Assembly: GCA_963667035.1 (NCBI GenBank)
Contig: OY762964.1
Span: 2,464,001 to 2,528,000 of the forward strand
Direction: 5' to 3'
Length of the DNA: 64,000 nt
Source of the DNA: Candidatus Cloacimonadales bacterium
GTDB taxonomy: Bacteria > Cloacimonadota > Cloacimonadia > Cloacimonadales > JAFGVF01
The notes beneath the pieces were generated by a model. The model ran no database searches, was not told the origin of the DNA, and saw only the letters and a program-made list of their open reading frames with translations. The position numbers and the translations under genes are program-made. Below, piece by piece: positions 47,426-57,287 of the stretch. The first letter of the stretch is position 1; the number at the start of each line of letters is the position of its first letter.

Positions 47426-48804
47426 TGAAATGCTCCCATAAGTCGTTTTAGTATTGATCTATAGAAAATAGACTGATCTCTAAGAAATGTAGGTTCACTT
47501 GAATAAACTCTCTCATGGAATTCAATCTCTTCTGGAATATCTCTTCCGAGACTCTCACTATAACTGAATATCCCAGGTTTATAAAAAGGTAAATCTCTTA
47601 CAATATATCTGTTTTCCTTATTGTCCATTAAGACAAGATTTCCCATTAATAGCAAATCACCTTTGAAGAATTTCGGTAATAGTAAAAATTTATCAAGTGA
47701 TAACCATAAAAAGATTTTCATTAAGAAAGGCTTTCTTCTGATTTTGAAGTTAAACATTTTAACAGAATTAAATGCTTTATCCATTAGGAAGTATTTCCTT
47801 AGAGAGTACTTCTTCTTCCAGAACAGAACGAAGGGAGAGAAAAAGATAAAAGGTATCAATTGAAAGAGAAATAGTATTGAAGCCATTACGTATTGAATCA
47901 GAAGCTGTAATGAAGAAATAAGATACTTCTTCTCTACACCTGACAATAGAAAGTTTTCATTCATACTAATACTCTCACCTGAACCAGCAGCTATAAGTAT
48001 GTTCTTATAAACAATTTTATTAATAATATCTAATTCCTGACCAATGTACGTATTATCATAAATTATACTATTTTTCACTGTTGTCATAGAATCGATTATA
48101 GAATTGTTACCGACAATTGCCTTAGGACCAAGAATGACCATGTCATGAATTCTAACGTGATTACCAAGCATTATCGGTTTATCTGGAGTTACAGTTCTAG
48201 GATATGAAGTATCTGCTCCGATATATGCTTTTATTTCATTTGAATATCCCGGAAGTACAAAATGATTAGCTCCTTCATCTATCACCATCATACTAAGATC
48301 GTAATAAGATTTTATGCTATTTATTGCTACAACTTTAGGATTATCTTCTGTAATTTCGCAGTTAAATATTTCTTTGTAGTTATCCTCTTTTACTAATCTA
48401 ACATTGCCAAGCTCTGTCTGACCAATCAGTTGACAGACATTGTCTTGACTAACAGAGTTCTTGTCATAATTAATGAAGTTATAGCCTTCAACTATAAGAA
48501 GCTCGTTATCTTTTGCAAATGACTTATTCTTTAGATATATCTTTTTTAAGCTATCTTCAGGTTTAAACAGGTTATAACTAAAAGTCATCCCCCACTTAGT
48601 TCCATCCCCGAAATAATCATCTATTTCGCAAGAAGAGTAGTCATAGACAAATCTTATTTCTTCAATACCGATAATCTGCATTAAATCGACGAAATACTCT
48701 AATAAAGGCTTATTCGCAATCTTTAAGAGATATGGATCTATACCTCTGAAGTATTTCTTAATCCATTTAGCAGGTTCTTCCCTGGCTATAATCAGACCTT
48801 TCAT
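47422..48804 (-). CDS. NDP-sugar pyrophosphorylase-like plus LbH protein fused to a degenerate sugar-transferase (monoPGT) domain
   Basis: LLKIANKPLLEY, YFGDGTKWG (NTP_transferase fold without GxGTR), hexapeptide region, TM, then SLDKF...KGDLLLMG...KPGIF. Confidence 0.65.
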   Translation of the reverse strand: MKGLIIAREEPAKWIKKYFRGIDPYLLKIANKPLLEYFVDLMQIIGIEEIRFVYDYSSCEIDDYFGDGTKWGMTFSYNLFKPEDSLKKIYLKNKSFAKDNELLIVEGYNFINYDKNSVSQDNVCQLIGQTELGNVRLVKEDNYKEIFNCEITEDNPKVVAINSIKSYYDLSMMVIDEGANHFVLPGYSNEIKAYIGADTSYPRTVTPDKPIMLGNHVRIHDMVILGPKAIVGNNSIIDSMTTVKNSIIYDNTYIGQELDIINKIVYKNILIAAGSGESISMNENFLLSGVEKKYLISSLQLLIQYVMASILFLFQLIPFIFFSPFVLFWKKKYSLRKYFLMDKAFNSVKMFNFKIRRKPFLMKIFLWLSLDKFLLLPKFFKGDLLLMGNLVLMDNKENRYIVRDLPFYKPGIFSYSESLGRDIPEEIEFHERVYSSEPTFLRDQSIFYRSILKRLMGAFQ

Positions 48805-48816
48805 AGTAATACCTGT

Positions 48817-49149
48817 TTATAAATCAAAGCTTTCTACTGCTGCGTCCAAATCATCATAGATCTCAAAAATCTTAAAAGCACGAGTTATTTCGAAAACCAT
48901 CCTTGGCTTATCAGCCATTCTTGCAATGCAGATATCTCCACCATTTGCAGTTGCGGATTTCAGACATGATACTATGCTACCAAGTCCGGTGCTATCTAAG
49001 AATTCCAAGGCATGCAAATCAAAAACAAAGTAGCGTGTTTCATCCATAAGGTCTTTAAATAAAGTTTTTAGATTTGGGGCTGTATAAGCGTCTAATCTTC
49101 CGGATATCTCAAGAATTCCAACATTATCTTTTTTTGTGAACTCAAACAA
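48817..49149 (-). CDS. STAS-domain anti-sigma factor antagonist
   Basis: GRLDA, FDL..LEFLDSTGLG (phosphorylatable Ser), VFEITR; probable TTG start at 49149 after GGAGG. Confidence 0.92.
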   Translation of the reverse strand: MFEFTKKDNVGILEISGRLDAYTAPNLKTLFKDLMDETRYFVFDLHALEFLDSTGLGSIVSCLKSATANGGDICIARMADKPRMVFEITRAFKIFEIYDDLDAAVESFDL

Positions 49150-49162
49150 TTTTTCCTCCAAT

Positions 49163-49882
49163 CTAATATGCACCCTTGCCACCAAGTACTGCAGGGATGG
49201 TTTTTATCAATATTTTAATATCATTCCATAAACTTTTACTTTGAATATATTGTTTATCCAATTCAACTTGTTGACTAAAGGGTATTTCACTCCTTCCACC
49301 AACTTGCCATAAACAAGTTATACCGGGAGTAACGTGCAGTCTTTTTCTGTCTTCCAGTGTATATTCGGCAACCTCTCTAGGTAGAGGAGGACGAGGTCCC
49401 ACAAGACTCATATCACCCTTCAAAACATTGAATAATTGAGGCAATTCATCAATACTAAATCTGCGAATAAATCTTCCTATTTTAGTTACACGAGGGTCTT
49501 GTTTCATCTTGAAAATTACTCCATCTTTGGACTCATTTTCCTGTAATAATTTATCTTTTAGCTTATCAGCATTTAGCACCATTGACCTGAATTTAATAAA
49601 TCCAAAGTTTCTTCCGTCTTTACCAACTCTAGGGGCCACATAAAAAACCGGACCCGGATCATCAATGTATATTGCCAACATTGTAAAAATAAACACCGGA
49701 GCAAGAAGTATAATCAAAATTAATGAGCCGATAAAATCTACGGAATACTTAAGGAATTTGGCAAAACCTATTGTCCATTCCCAACCGGACATTTTGAGCA
49801 TTATTCTCGTCTTACTTGCTTTTACAGAGTAACGAGCAATTCTATCCATTAATATCTGATGCTGTTTTGTTCTAGTTTTCAC
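49163..49882 (-). CDS. Priming sugar transferase (monotopic phosphoglycosyl transferase)
   Basis: GPVFY..RVG..G, KFRSM, FKMKQDPRVT, SIDELPQLFNVLKGDMSLVGPRP, PGITCLWQV. Confidence 0.95.
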   Translation of the reverse strand: MKTRTKQHQILMDRIARYSVKASKTRIMLKMSGWEWTIGFAKFLKYSVDFIGSLILIILLAPVFIFTMLAIYIDDPGPVFYVAPRVGKDGRNFGFIKFRSMVLNADKLKDKLLQENESKDGVIFKMKQDPRVTKIGRFIRRFSIDELPQLFNVLKGDMSLVGPRPPLPREVAEYTLEDRKRLHVTPGITCLWQVGGRSEIPFSQQVELDKQYIQSKSLWNDIKILIKTIPAVLGGKGAY

Positions 49883-51077
49883 TATTGTAACCTTTCATCC
49901 AGTTTTTTACTCTTTTTATAAATAACGGATTACCAATAATGTATCGTTTCCACATTCGCCTTGGTTCCATTAACAACCTAAACATCCATTCTATGCCCAT
50001 CTCTCGCATCCATTTTGGAGCCCTTCGAATGTTGCCGGAATAAAAATCAAACAATCCTCCGACTCCTATTCCTACATTTATTTTAAGCTCATCAATATGT
50101 TCTGCAATCCATTTTTCTTGAAGAGGTACACCAAAAGCCACAAGTAATATGTGACTATGTGAATCGTTTATTTTTGTTATAACCCTTCCGGTTTCTGTCT
50201 TTCTATCAAAATAACCGTCTTCAGAATCACTTATTATTAGACCCTTGTATTTTAGTACAAGATTTTTTTTCATTTTTTCTGCAATACCGGGAGCTGCCCC
50301 CAATAGGAATATCCTATATTTCTTCTTTTCAGCTAAATGACAGAGATAGGGTAGCATGTCTGTCCCGTTTACGTTATGAATCAATTGTTTCCTGATAATT
50401 TTGCATGCAAGATTAACTCCTGAACCGTCAGGAAAGATATTATTGCTCTTTTTCATTAACTCAAAATACTCTCTATCGTCGAAGAGTCTGTTAAAGCAAT
50501 CAGGGTTCATAAATGCAAAAATCTCTTTTCTGCCGGAATCAATTACTTCGGCAATTCTGCTCAAAGCTTCATCCATTCTCATGTTCAAGAATTCTATATC
50601 AAGTAACTTTATTTTATCCGGCTTATCATAATCAGGATCAATTACCGGAAGCTTCAATATTGCTTTAACAAGAATCATCAAATCTTTCTTAAAAGACTTA
50701 TTCGCCAGATATTCGATATCCATATCATCATAGCTCTCATAGTCAATTCTACTTATTCTACGTAGTAGAGCTATGCTATATAGTCCACTTTTACCATTAT
50801 GGGAAGCAACTTTATTAACTTCTTTAACTCTAAGCGAAGTACCACAAACTGAAAGTCTACCGGTTAACACATGCACATACAATGATTGCACGGCTAGAAT
50901 TGGGTAGTCGCTGTTAAAATAACGAACCCTACATATGTCTTTCCCTAAAAGAATACTTTCTTTTCGAAATATATTCTTACCGGTAAACAATCTTCTCAAG
51001 AAGAGATAGATTGTAACAAGGGGATTCACTACTAAAAAAATGAATAGAGCTAATATATATTCGATTATCTTAAACAA
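49872..51077 (-). CDS. WecB/TagA/CpsF-family (GT26) glycosyltransferase with an N-terminal degenerate sugar-transferase domain
   Basis: PDGSG, NVNGTDM, FLLGA.PG, FGVPLQEKW, GVGGLFDF, RAPKW, EW..RL..EPRRMWKRY. N-terminal TM plus VLTGRLSVCG...DIEYL...DLMIL. Confidence 0.88.
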   Translation of the reverse strand: MFKIIEYILALFIFLVVNPLVTIYLFLRRLFTGKNIFRKESILLGKDICRVRYFNSDYPILAVQSLYVHVLTGRLSVCGTSLRVKEVNKVASHNGKSGLYSIALLRRISRIDYESYDDMDIEYLANKSFKKDLMILVKAILKLPVIDPDYDKPDKIKLLDIEFLNMRMDEALSRIAEVIDSGRKEIFAFMNPDCFNRLFDDREYFELMKKSNNIFPDGSGVNLACKIIRKQLIHNVNGTDMLPYLCHLAEKKKYRIFLLGAAPGIAEKMKKNLVLKYKGLIISDSEDGYFDRKTETGRVITKINDSHSHILLVAFGVPLQEKWIAEHIDELKINVGIGVGGLFDFYSGNIRRAPKWMREMGIEWMFRLLMEPRRMWKRYIIGNPLFIKRVKNWMKGYNSEN

Positions 51078-51087
51078 TTTGCATCCT

Positions 51088-52245
51088 CTATAAGTCCTCT
51101 ACTATCTCATTAAACCTAGTAAGGAATGCCTGCTCTGTGAAATTATCTTTAACAAAGTTATAGCCTTCTCTTCCAAATTCTGTAGACAATTGTTGATTAC
51201 TTAGCAGACTCTCTATCTTCTCGGATAAATCTTTTACATCTCTTGGTTTTGCGAGATAACCGTTTCTATTGTCGTGAAGCCATTCGGATACCCCCCCCAC
51301 ATTAAAGCCAATAACCGGAGTTTGATAAGAGAATGCTTCCAATCCTACCAGTCCAAATGGTTCTTGCCATCTTGAAGGTACTACAACCAAATCAGCTTGT
51401 CTATAGAATTTTTCTACCTCTGATGTCCAACCGACAAGCTCCACTCTATCTTCGAGTTTCATAGACTTTATCAAATTCTTAATATTCTGTTCTTCATTAC
51501 CGGTTCCGATAATCATAAGTCGTAAGGGCTGATATATTTTACTGATTGCTTGGAGTAAATAATCCACTCCCTTTCCTTTAATCAATTGTCCTACATATAG
51601 AACTATCGGTTCGGTATTAACAGGTTTAGAGGCTCTTTCAGTAACTTCGAAGATTGGATAAAGCTTTTTTACTTTGCTCATATCCCAACCATTCTGTTCA
51701 AGATTATGCATCATATAATCCGACATGGCTAAAGTCACATCACATCGCCTTATAATGTTTAACAAGCGAGTTTTATCGTTAATCTTAAGCGGAACGGGTA
51801 AGTCACCACTCATATCCAGCCCCAAAGAACACAACATGCAATAGTATTTGTTGAAGGGTAGTTTACAATTCTTGCGTTTATATAAGAAATACTTATGTCT
51901 TCTCAAACAATAATAATCATGGTCGTGGATAAAGCTTATTGTCTTAAAATTCTTTTTGATTATTTGAAGTAGCTCTGGATCGCTTATCTTATGAATAAAG
52001 GCAAGCTTACAACCTGTATCCCTTAGAATAGTCAGAACATCATTGCGGACTCTTTTCTCGTTTAAATAGACATTATCGAAAGCTTCTGCAAAACCTTCTT
52101 GTGTTCCTGCTTTTTTCTCGAAAAAGCCATACACTTTCCAACCGTTATTTTTCAATAAACCTGCTACTTTATGAATATATCTCTCTACTCCACCGACAAA
52201 TCCGCAATTTGTATTTACGAAAACAATTCTCTTATCAATTTGCAT
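51088..52245 (-). CDS. GT4-family glycosyltransferase
   Basis: GGVERY, HDH, YVGQL..GKG, PSRWQEPFGLVGLEAF, GGVSEWL. Confidence 0.92.
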   Translation of the reverse strand: MQIDKRIVFVNTNCGFVGGVERYIHKVAGLLKNNGWKVYGFFEKKAGTQEGFAEAFDNVYLNEKRVRNDVLTILRDTGCKLAFIHKISDPELLQIIKKNFKTISFIHDHDYYCLRRHKYFLYKRKNCKLPFNKYYCMLCSLGLDMSGDLPVPLKINDKTRLLNIIRRCDVTLAMSDYMMHNLEQNGWDMSKVKKLYPIFEVTERASKPVNTEPIVLYVGQLIKGKGVDYLLQAISKIYQPLRLMIIGTGNEEQNIKNLIKSMKLEDRVELVGWTSEVEKFYRQADLVVVPSRWQEPFGLVGLEAFSYQTPVIGFNVGGVSEWLHDNRNGYLAKPRDVKDLSEKIESLLSNQQLSTEFGREGYNFVKDNFTEQAFLTRFNEIVEDL

Positions 52246-52258
52246 TCATACCCCTATA

Positions 52259-54601
52259 TCATTTTTTCTCTATTGCTGAAAATGTTGATTCATATAAACT
52301 GCAAAGATATTCATAAGTGTATTTCTCTCTTACCAGCTTCTCACCCTTCTTTGCCATCTCATCAAGCTTATCTCTGTTTTTAACAGCTAAAATCATCTTC
52401 TCACCCAAAGTATCAATGTCCTCACTTGGGAAAAGATACCCGTTACTACCCTCAATAACAAGATTAGGATCCACTACATCACTTTGAAGTACGGGAGTTC
52501 CACTTATCCAGCTTTCTACGACTACAGCTCCCGAATTCATGAATCGAACAGGTATAACATGGATATCCGAGTACTTAAGCCATCCTAAAACTTCTTCACG
52601 CTCTACCATACCGGTAAATATCACTCTCTCTTCCAGTGCGTTTTCAAAGATTAGAGCTTTCATCTTTGCAATGAATTCCGGTTCATAATCGCTTCTCCCA
52701 ACAAACACTAGCTTTGCTTCAGGGATTTTAGTGGCAACATTCACAAAAGCCTGCAAAGCCAAGTCCTGTCCTTTGATATTGGAAATCCTACCTAAAGACA
52801 AGAACACAAACTCGTCTCCTATATCGTATTTAGAACGAGGATTCTCAACATCAACATCATATTCTTTTAGCAGAATCGGAACAGGAGAGTATCCCACATT
52901 GTCATTAAATCTACGATATAACTCTATTTCCTTATTGGAAATAGCAAATATGAAATCCATATACTTCATGAAAAGTCTCTGATGTATTTTGGGTTTAACT
53001 TTATCCAGAGCATCCTTAGGGATAAATCCCTTTTCTTTGATAATTGTAGCATAATCAAGATAGTCAAAGGAGCATAACACAGTCGGTTTCCCCGATAGTT
53101 TTGCAGCTTTAAAAGCCATCAGATTGTTATAGCTGAAAGCGGGAAACATCATAACAACATCAAATTTACCGAATAGAATTCCAAAGAATACTTCGGGACA
53201 TAGAGTGTTTGTTTTTATGTTTGGGTATTTCTTCTCTTTATCAAGATAATCAGGCATCCTGACAACTTTAATCCCGTCGTAAATCTCTTTATGAGGACGC
53301 TCAATTCTCTTAGGGCAGAAAACAGTTACATCATGTCCTCTTAGCACAAGCTCTCTAGCTTGGAAATATATATTTGTTTCAGCTCCACCCACTTCCGGGT
53401 AGAACCTGTTTGTGACGATTGCTATATTATAGTTTTTACTTACTTTGTTAGCTTTTGTCGCTGTAATCATCTGATTAAGTTTCCTTCCTACCGAATCCCA
53501 CGTATAATCATCCATACATCTTTTTTTGAGATTCTCCCCCATTTGTCTAGCTTCTTCAGGGTTATTAAGCAGATGAATAATTCTTTCCGCATTTTGCTTT
53601 GGATCATCAATGATGGAAATTTCATCTTCACTAAACTCAAAGCCTTCAGCTCCTATTGTTGTAGTGACAATTGGTTTACCAAGTATACCTGCTTCAAGAA
53701 TTCTTGTTCTTGTGCCTGACGCTATTCTTATAGGCAACACAATAAGTTCGGCATCAGAGATTACTTGTTTTATATCCTCCACCGGACCCACAAGATTCAT
53801 TCTATCTTTATAATAAGGCTCCATCTCTTTCAATGGACCTTTACCCACAATATCAATCACTAAATCATTCTCAACAAGATAGTCATGTAAATGAGGATAT
53901 ATGTTCTCACTCAGATTAACAATCGAATCCGTATTGGCAACTGAGTTTAGAGTTCCAAAGAAAAGAATCCTTCTTCTATCGTCCACTTTAGTAGGAATTT
54001 CAGTTTCATTAACTGTGTTAGGTAGAATCAGGTAATTATCTTTGGGCAAATCATTCGCATATTTTTCAATCACCGAATCTCTCTCTACATTGTTTGAGAA
54101 GAGGAATAGATACGGTTTTCTAAAAAGCTTGCTCTCAAACTTTCTGAGTTTTAGTCTCTCAAGATAATAATATCTGTTATCGATTGTAGGATTCTTTTCC
54201 CAAGATAACTCGGCAATTCTTGAAAACAGCATATCCACATCAACAATAATCTTAGTTGTAGGTGAGCATTTAGCAACTTCGCTCATAAGCTGAGCATGAC
54301 TTGTAAACCTGAAGAAAACGTAGTCGAACTTATTATCAATTAGGATTTTTCTAAACTTACTCAATTGGTTCGGGCGATAGTTGAAAATTGCTTCCGGCAT
54401 TAACTTATGGTTTTTCTCCGCAACAAGCTGGAAATCCATTGTTTTAGCGTCTGGAAACGGTTCGGTTAAGTTATGCCATGTTTTTACCAGAAGAAGTGAA
54501 CAGTCAAAGTATTGATTAAGAACTGACCAGATGAAGTTGCTACGATTTTTATCTCCACCCTTTTCGCCAATAAACGGAATATCCACATATAATAATTTCA
54601 A
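52259..54601 (-). CDS. Fusion of two GT4-type glycosyltransferase modules
   Basis: Module 1: FFGTL, SGTRTRILEA...TTIGAEG. Module 2: RFYPEVGGAE, LGRI..IKG, VVVESW..GTPV. Confidence 0.88.
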   Translation of the reverse strand: MKLLYVDIPFIGEKGGDKNRSNFIWSVLNQYFDCSLLLVKTWHNLTEPFPDAKTMDFQLVAEKNHKLMPEAIFNYRPNQLSKFRKILIDNKFDYVFFRFTSHAQLMSEVAKCSPTTKIIVDVDMLFSRIAELSWEKNPTIDNRYYYLERLKLRKFESKLFRKPYLFLFSNNVERDSVIEKYANDLPKDNYLILPNTVNETEIPTKVDDRRRILFFGTLNSVANTDSIVNLSENIYPHLHDYLVENDLVIDIVGKGPLKEMEPYYKDRMNLVGPVEDIKQVISDAELIVLPIRIASGTRTRILEAGILGKPIVTTTIGAEGFEFSEDEISIIDDPKQNAERIIHLLNNPEEARQMGENLKKRCMDDYTWDSVGRKLNQMITATKANKVSKNYNIAIVTNRFYPEVGGAETNIYFQARELVLRGHDVTVFCPKRIERPHKEIYDGIKVVRMPDYLDKEKKYPNIKTNTLCPEVFFGILFGKFDVVMMFPAFSYNNLMAFKAAKLSGKPTVLCSFDYLDYATIIKEKGFIPKDALDKVKPKIHQRLFMKYMDFIFAISNKEIELYRRFNDNVGYSPVPILLKEYDVDVENPRSKYDIGDEFVFLSLGRISNIKGQDLALQAFVNVATKIPEAKLVFVGRSDYEPEFIAKMKALIFENALEERVIFTGMVEREEVLGWLKYSDIHVIPVRFMNSGAVVVESWISGTPVLQSDVVDPNLVIEGSNGYLFPSEDIDTLGEKMILAVKNRDKLDEMAKKGEKLVREKYTYEYLCSLYESTFSAIEKK

Positions 54602-54641
54602 CTTAGTTCCCCTATTTGAAGTTAGTTATTATCTACCAGAC

Positions 54642-54670
54642 ATGTTAGAATTGCATATAAAAAATAGCAA
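54642..54670 (-). promoter_or_regulatory. Candidate promoter of the EPS operon
   Basis: Minus strand TTGCTA-17 nt-TAACAT, about 40 nt upstream of the first gene. Confidence 0.35.
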
Positions 54671-54792
54671 GTCTTTTTTGGGAGAATTTTACGAAGCACG
54701 AATGTCCATAAATCCTTTACAAACAACAGTTATAGTTGATATATATACTTATACACTGTCATAAATATATTCGTGTAATACATGTCACGTTC

Positions 54793-55797
54793 TTAAACTA
54801 TCCCCTTAATTCTCTCTAATTCGGCATCACAAGCTTTAAACAAATCTTGGACTATCTGCTTTATCGGTTTTACATCTGATATCAAACCAACGCTCTGTCC
54901 CGCCATTAATGAACCTTCTTCCACATCACCATCTTCAACTGCCTTTCTAAGAGATCCCGCCCAATAATTCTCAACTTCATACTGAGCAACTTCTTTGTTT
55001 ATCGAGCCTGCTTCAAGCTTTTTCAGAAGATCCAACTGAAGTTTACCGAAGTTTTCCATACCTTTGTTCTTAAGAGCTCTAACTGCTACAACAGGCAACT
55101 TGGAATCATATTGAGGAGTAGCAATTGCTTGTCTTGCTCTTGCTTTTCTAAATGCCTCTTTAAAGTCAGGATGAGCAGTACATTCTTCACTCATCACAAA
55201 TCGTGTACCCATCTGAATGCCGTATGCTCCCATCATTAAAAGATGAGCCATTATTGCACCGGTAGCCAGACCTCCGGCGACAAATATCGGGAACTCTCTA
55301 AACTTAAACAAGACTTGTTGAAGTAAAACGATTAGGGACACATGTCCTATATGCCCTCCGGCCTCGCTTCCCTCCAGGATTAGAGCGTCAATACCCCATC
55401 CGATCTGTTTTTCTGCAATTGATGCCGTTGAAGCAAAGGATATTGTTTTCTTTCCGGATTGTTTCATTGTTTGCACATCTTTCTTTGTCGGAAAACTACC
55501 GGCAAAAATTACAAATTGTACTTTCTTTCTTAAAAGTATCTCGAAATGAGCTCTATAGTTTGGAGCTATCGTGATTAAATTAATAGCAAAGGGTTTATCA
55601 ATATTTTCGACCAATTTGTCAATCTCTGACTCAAACAATTCAGGAGGCATATTCCCTCCTGCAATAACAGGAAAAGCTCCTGCATCACTCACAGCTTTTA
55701 CAAGATTAAAATCGCTTATCCAAGTCATTCCTCCGGATAACAAAGGATACTCTACCCCTAAGAAATCTTTACCTTTTTTGTATATTTTGTGATTCAT
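54793..55797 (-). CDS. Nitronate monooxygenase / FabK-like FMN enoyl-ACP reductase family protein
   Basis: GGMTWIS, EGSEAGGHIG, VAGG, GIQMGTRF..SEEC.AH, GSLMAGQSVG; probable start ATG 55797 after GGAGGA. Confidence 0.85.
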   Translation of the reverse strand: MNHKIYKKGKDFLGVEYPLLSGGMTWISDFNLVKAVSDAGAFPVIAGGNMPPELFESEIDKLVENIDKPFAINLITIAPNYRAHFEILLRKKVQFVIFAGSFPTKKDVQTMKQSGKKTISFASTASIAEKQIGWGIDALILEGSEAGGHIGHVSLIVLLQQVLFKFREFPIFVAGGLATGAIMAHLLMMGAYGIQMGTRFVMSEECTAHPDFKEAFRKARARQAIATPQYDSKLPVVAVRALKNKGMENFGKLQLDLLKKLEAGSINKEVAQYEVENYWAGSLRKAVEDGDVEEGSLMAGQSVGLISDVKPIKQIVQDLFKACDAELERIKGIV

Positions 55798-56061
55798 TAC
55801 TCCTCCGATAGGCTTTATATATATAATATTAATGTAATTATTCCCATTTCCCACAAATTATCATAACATCTAATTAACTACGCTCATATAATCCCCATAT
55901 CATTAAGAAAATTACAACATCTCACTTCGAATAATCTTCCGGATTACTATCAAAAAACCATCTTATTTTCCTGTAAAGTCCTGATGCAGGTAGACACTTT
56001 TTATCATGGATAAGTTCTCTAAAGAACGAAAGTTGTCCACAATATGGTTTTACTTGCATGA

Positions 56062-56958
56062 CTAAGATGCAAGTGCCTTATTATAAAATTCATTAGGTGT
56101 TTTAAGCTTTAGTGCACAATGCAAGCGTTTATTGTTGTAAAGATAAACTGCATCGGCGACTACTTTCCTAGCTTGTTCTATATCTCTGAATTTATCTCTC
56201 AAATAAAACTCATACTTTAGAGTCCTATTGATTCTCTCGGCTATCGCATTGTCGTAGCATTTGTTAGGACCGGTCATGCTTATATCTACTCCACACTCTT
56301 GCAATCGATTAGTATAGATTCCTGAAGTGTATTGAGAACCTTTATCAGAGTGGTGTATCAAGCCGGGTGCAGGCTTGATACTCTTATAAGCTTTATTGAA
56401 GGTTGCAAGTGTACTTTCTGCCGTCATGTCTTTCTGTACTGTAAAACCAACAATCTTACGACTGTAATAGTCTGTCATTATTGATAGATAGCAATGCTTG
56501 CTATTTACTAACTGCAAATAGGTTATATCTGTTACCCAAACCTGATTAGGTCGAGTTACTGTCAGATTCTCTAATAAATTTGGATATACTTGATGATCCG
56601 GGTCAGAGACAGATGTATATACCTTACGAGGCTTATGTTTAAACATCAAACCATGAGCTCTGAGTATATCAAAAAGCTTATCGCGTCCAACTGTGATTGG
56701 AACTCCATATTCAGGGTCAAGAAGATGCTCCTGTAATTTACGACCTCCGGTCTCCGGTATTTCTGAACGTATAACCATTACTTTAGAGATTACCTTTTCT
56801 TCAAAATCTATCTTTTGCTCTAAGACTTTCTTCTCTTTGTAATAGCTTTTTCGGCTACATCCGAGTGCTTTGCAGGACGCTTGGACTCCGATTCGAGTTC
56901 GCTCTCTTGTTCTCTGATTCTTTGAAGTATCGACTGCCCTAATGCGCTCTTTTTTTTT
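56062..56958 (-). CDS. IS3 OrfB integrase core, expressed by -1 frameshift
   Basis: WVTDITY, HHSDKGSQY, DNAIAER. The -1 frame is open from the A9G run (56949-56958) through CKALGCSRKSYY into the track ORF. Confidence 0.9.
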   Translation of the reverse strand, partial: KKKERIRAVDTSKNQRTRERTRIGVQASCKALGCSRKSYYKEKKVLEQKIDFEEKVISKVMVIRSEIPETGGRKLQEHLLDPEYGVPITVGRDKLFDILRAHGLMFKHKPRKVYTSVSDPDHQVYPNLLENLTVTRPNQVWVTDITYLQLVNSKHCYLSIMTDYYSRKIVGFTVQKDMTAESTLATFNKAYKSIKPAPGLIHHSDKGSQYTSGIYTNRLQECGVDISMTGPNKCYDNAIAERINRTLKYEFYLRDKFRDIEQARKVVADAVYLYNNKRLHCALKLKTPNEFYNKALAS

Positions 56959-57287
56959 AAGTCAATACCATATTTGTCCTTGGCTATATCTATCAAAGCT
57001 TCATAAACTACTGCCTTTACTTGGGCATCATCTAAGGCTTGCTTTAACATTTTTACTTCTCTTTTAAGTAATATATTTTCTGTCTCTTCTGTTTTTGACA
57101 TAACATGTACCGTCCTTCCTATCCGATCATTTATTCCGTATTCATTAATCCAACGTTTCAAAGTAGAGGAGCCACCTATGTTGTAAATAGTTCTTGCTTG
57201 GGAGATAGTTAGAACTCCATCCTCAATCTCTTTAACTACTTTACGTTTAAATACTTCACTATAACATAATGCTGTTTTCTGTTTCAT
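56820..57287 (-). CDS. IS3 OrfA (HTH)
   Basis: YSEVFKRKVV.EIE.G, YNIGGSSTLKRW, leucine-zipper-like segment, DLKKK at the slippery site. Confidence 0.9.
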   Translation of the reverse strand: MKQKTALCYSEVFKRKVVKEIEDGVLTISQARTIYNIGGSSTLKRWINEYGINDRIGRTVHVMSKTEETENILLKREVKMLKQALDDAQVKAVVYEALIDIAKDKYGIDLKKKSALGQSILQRIREQESELESESKRPAKHSDVAEKAITKRRKS

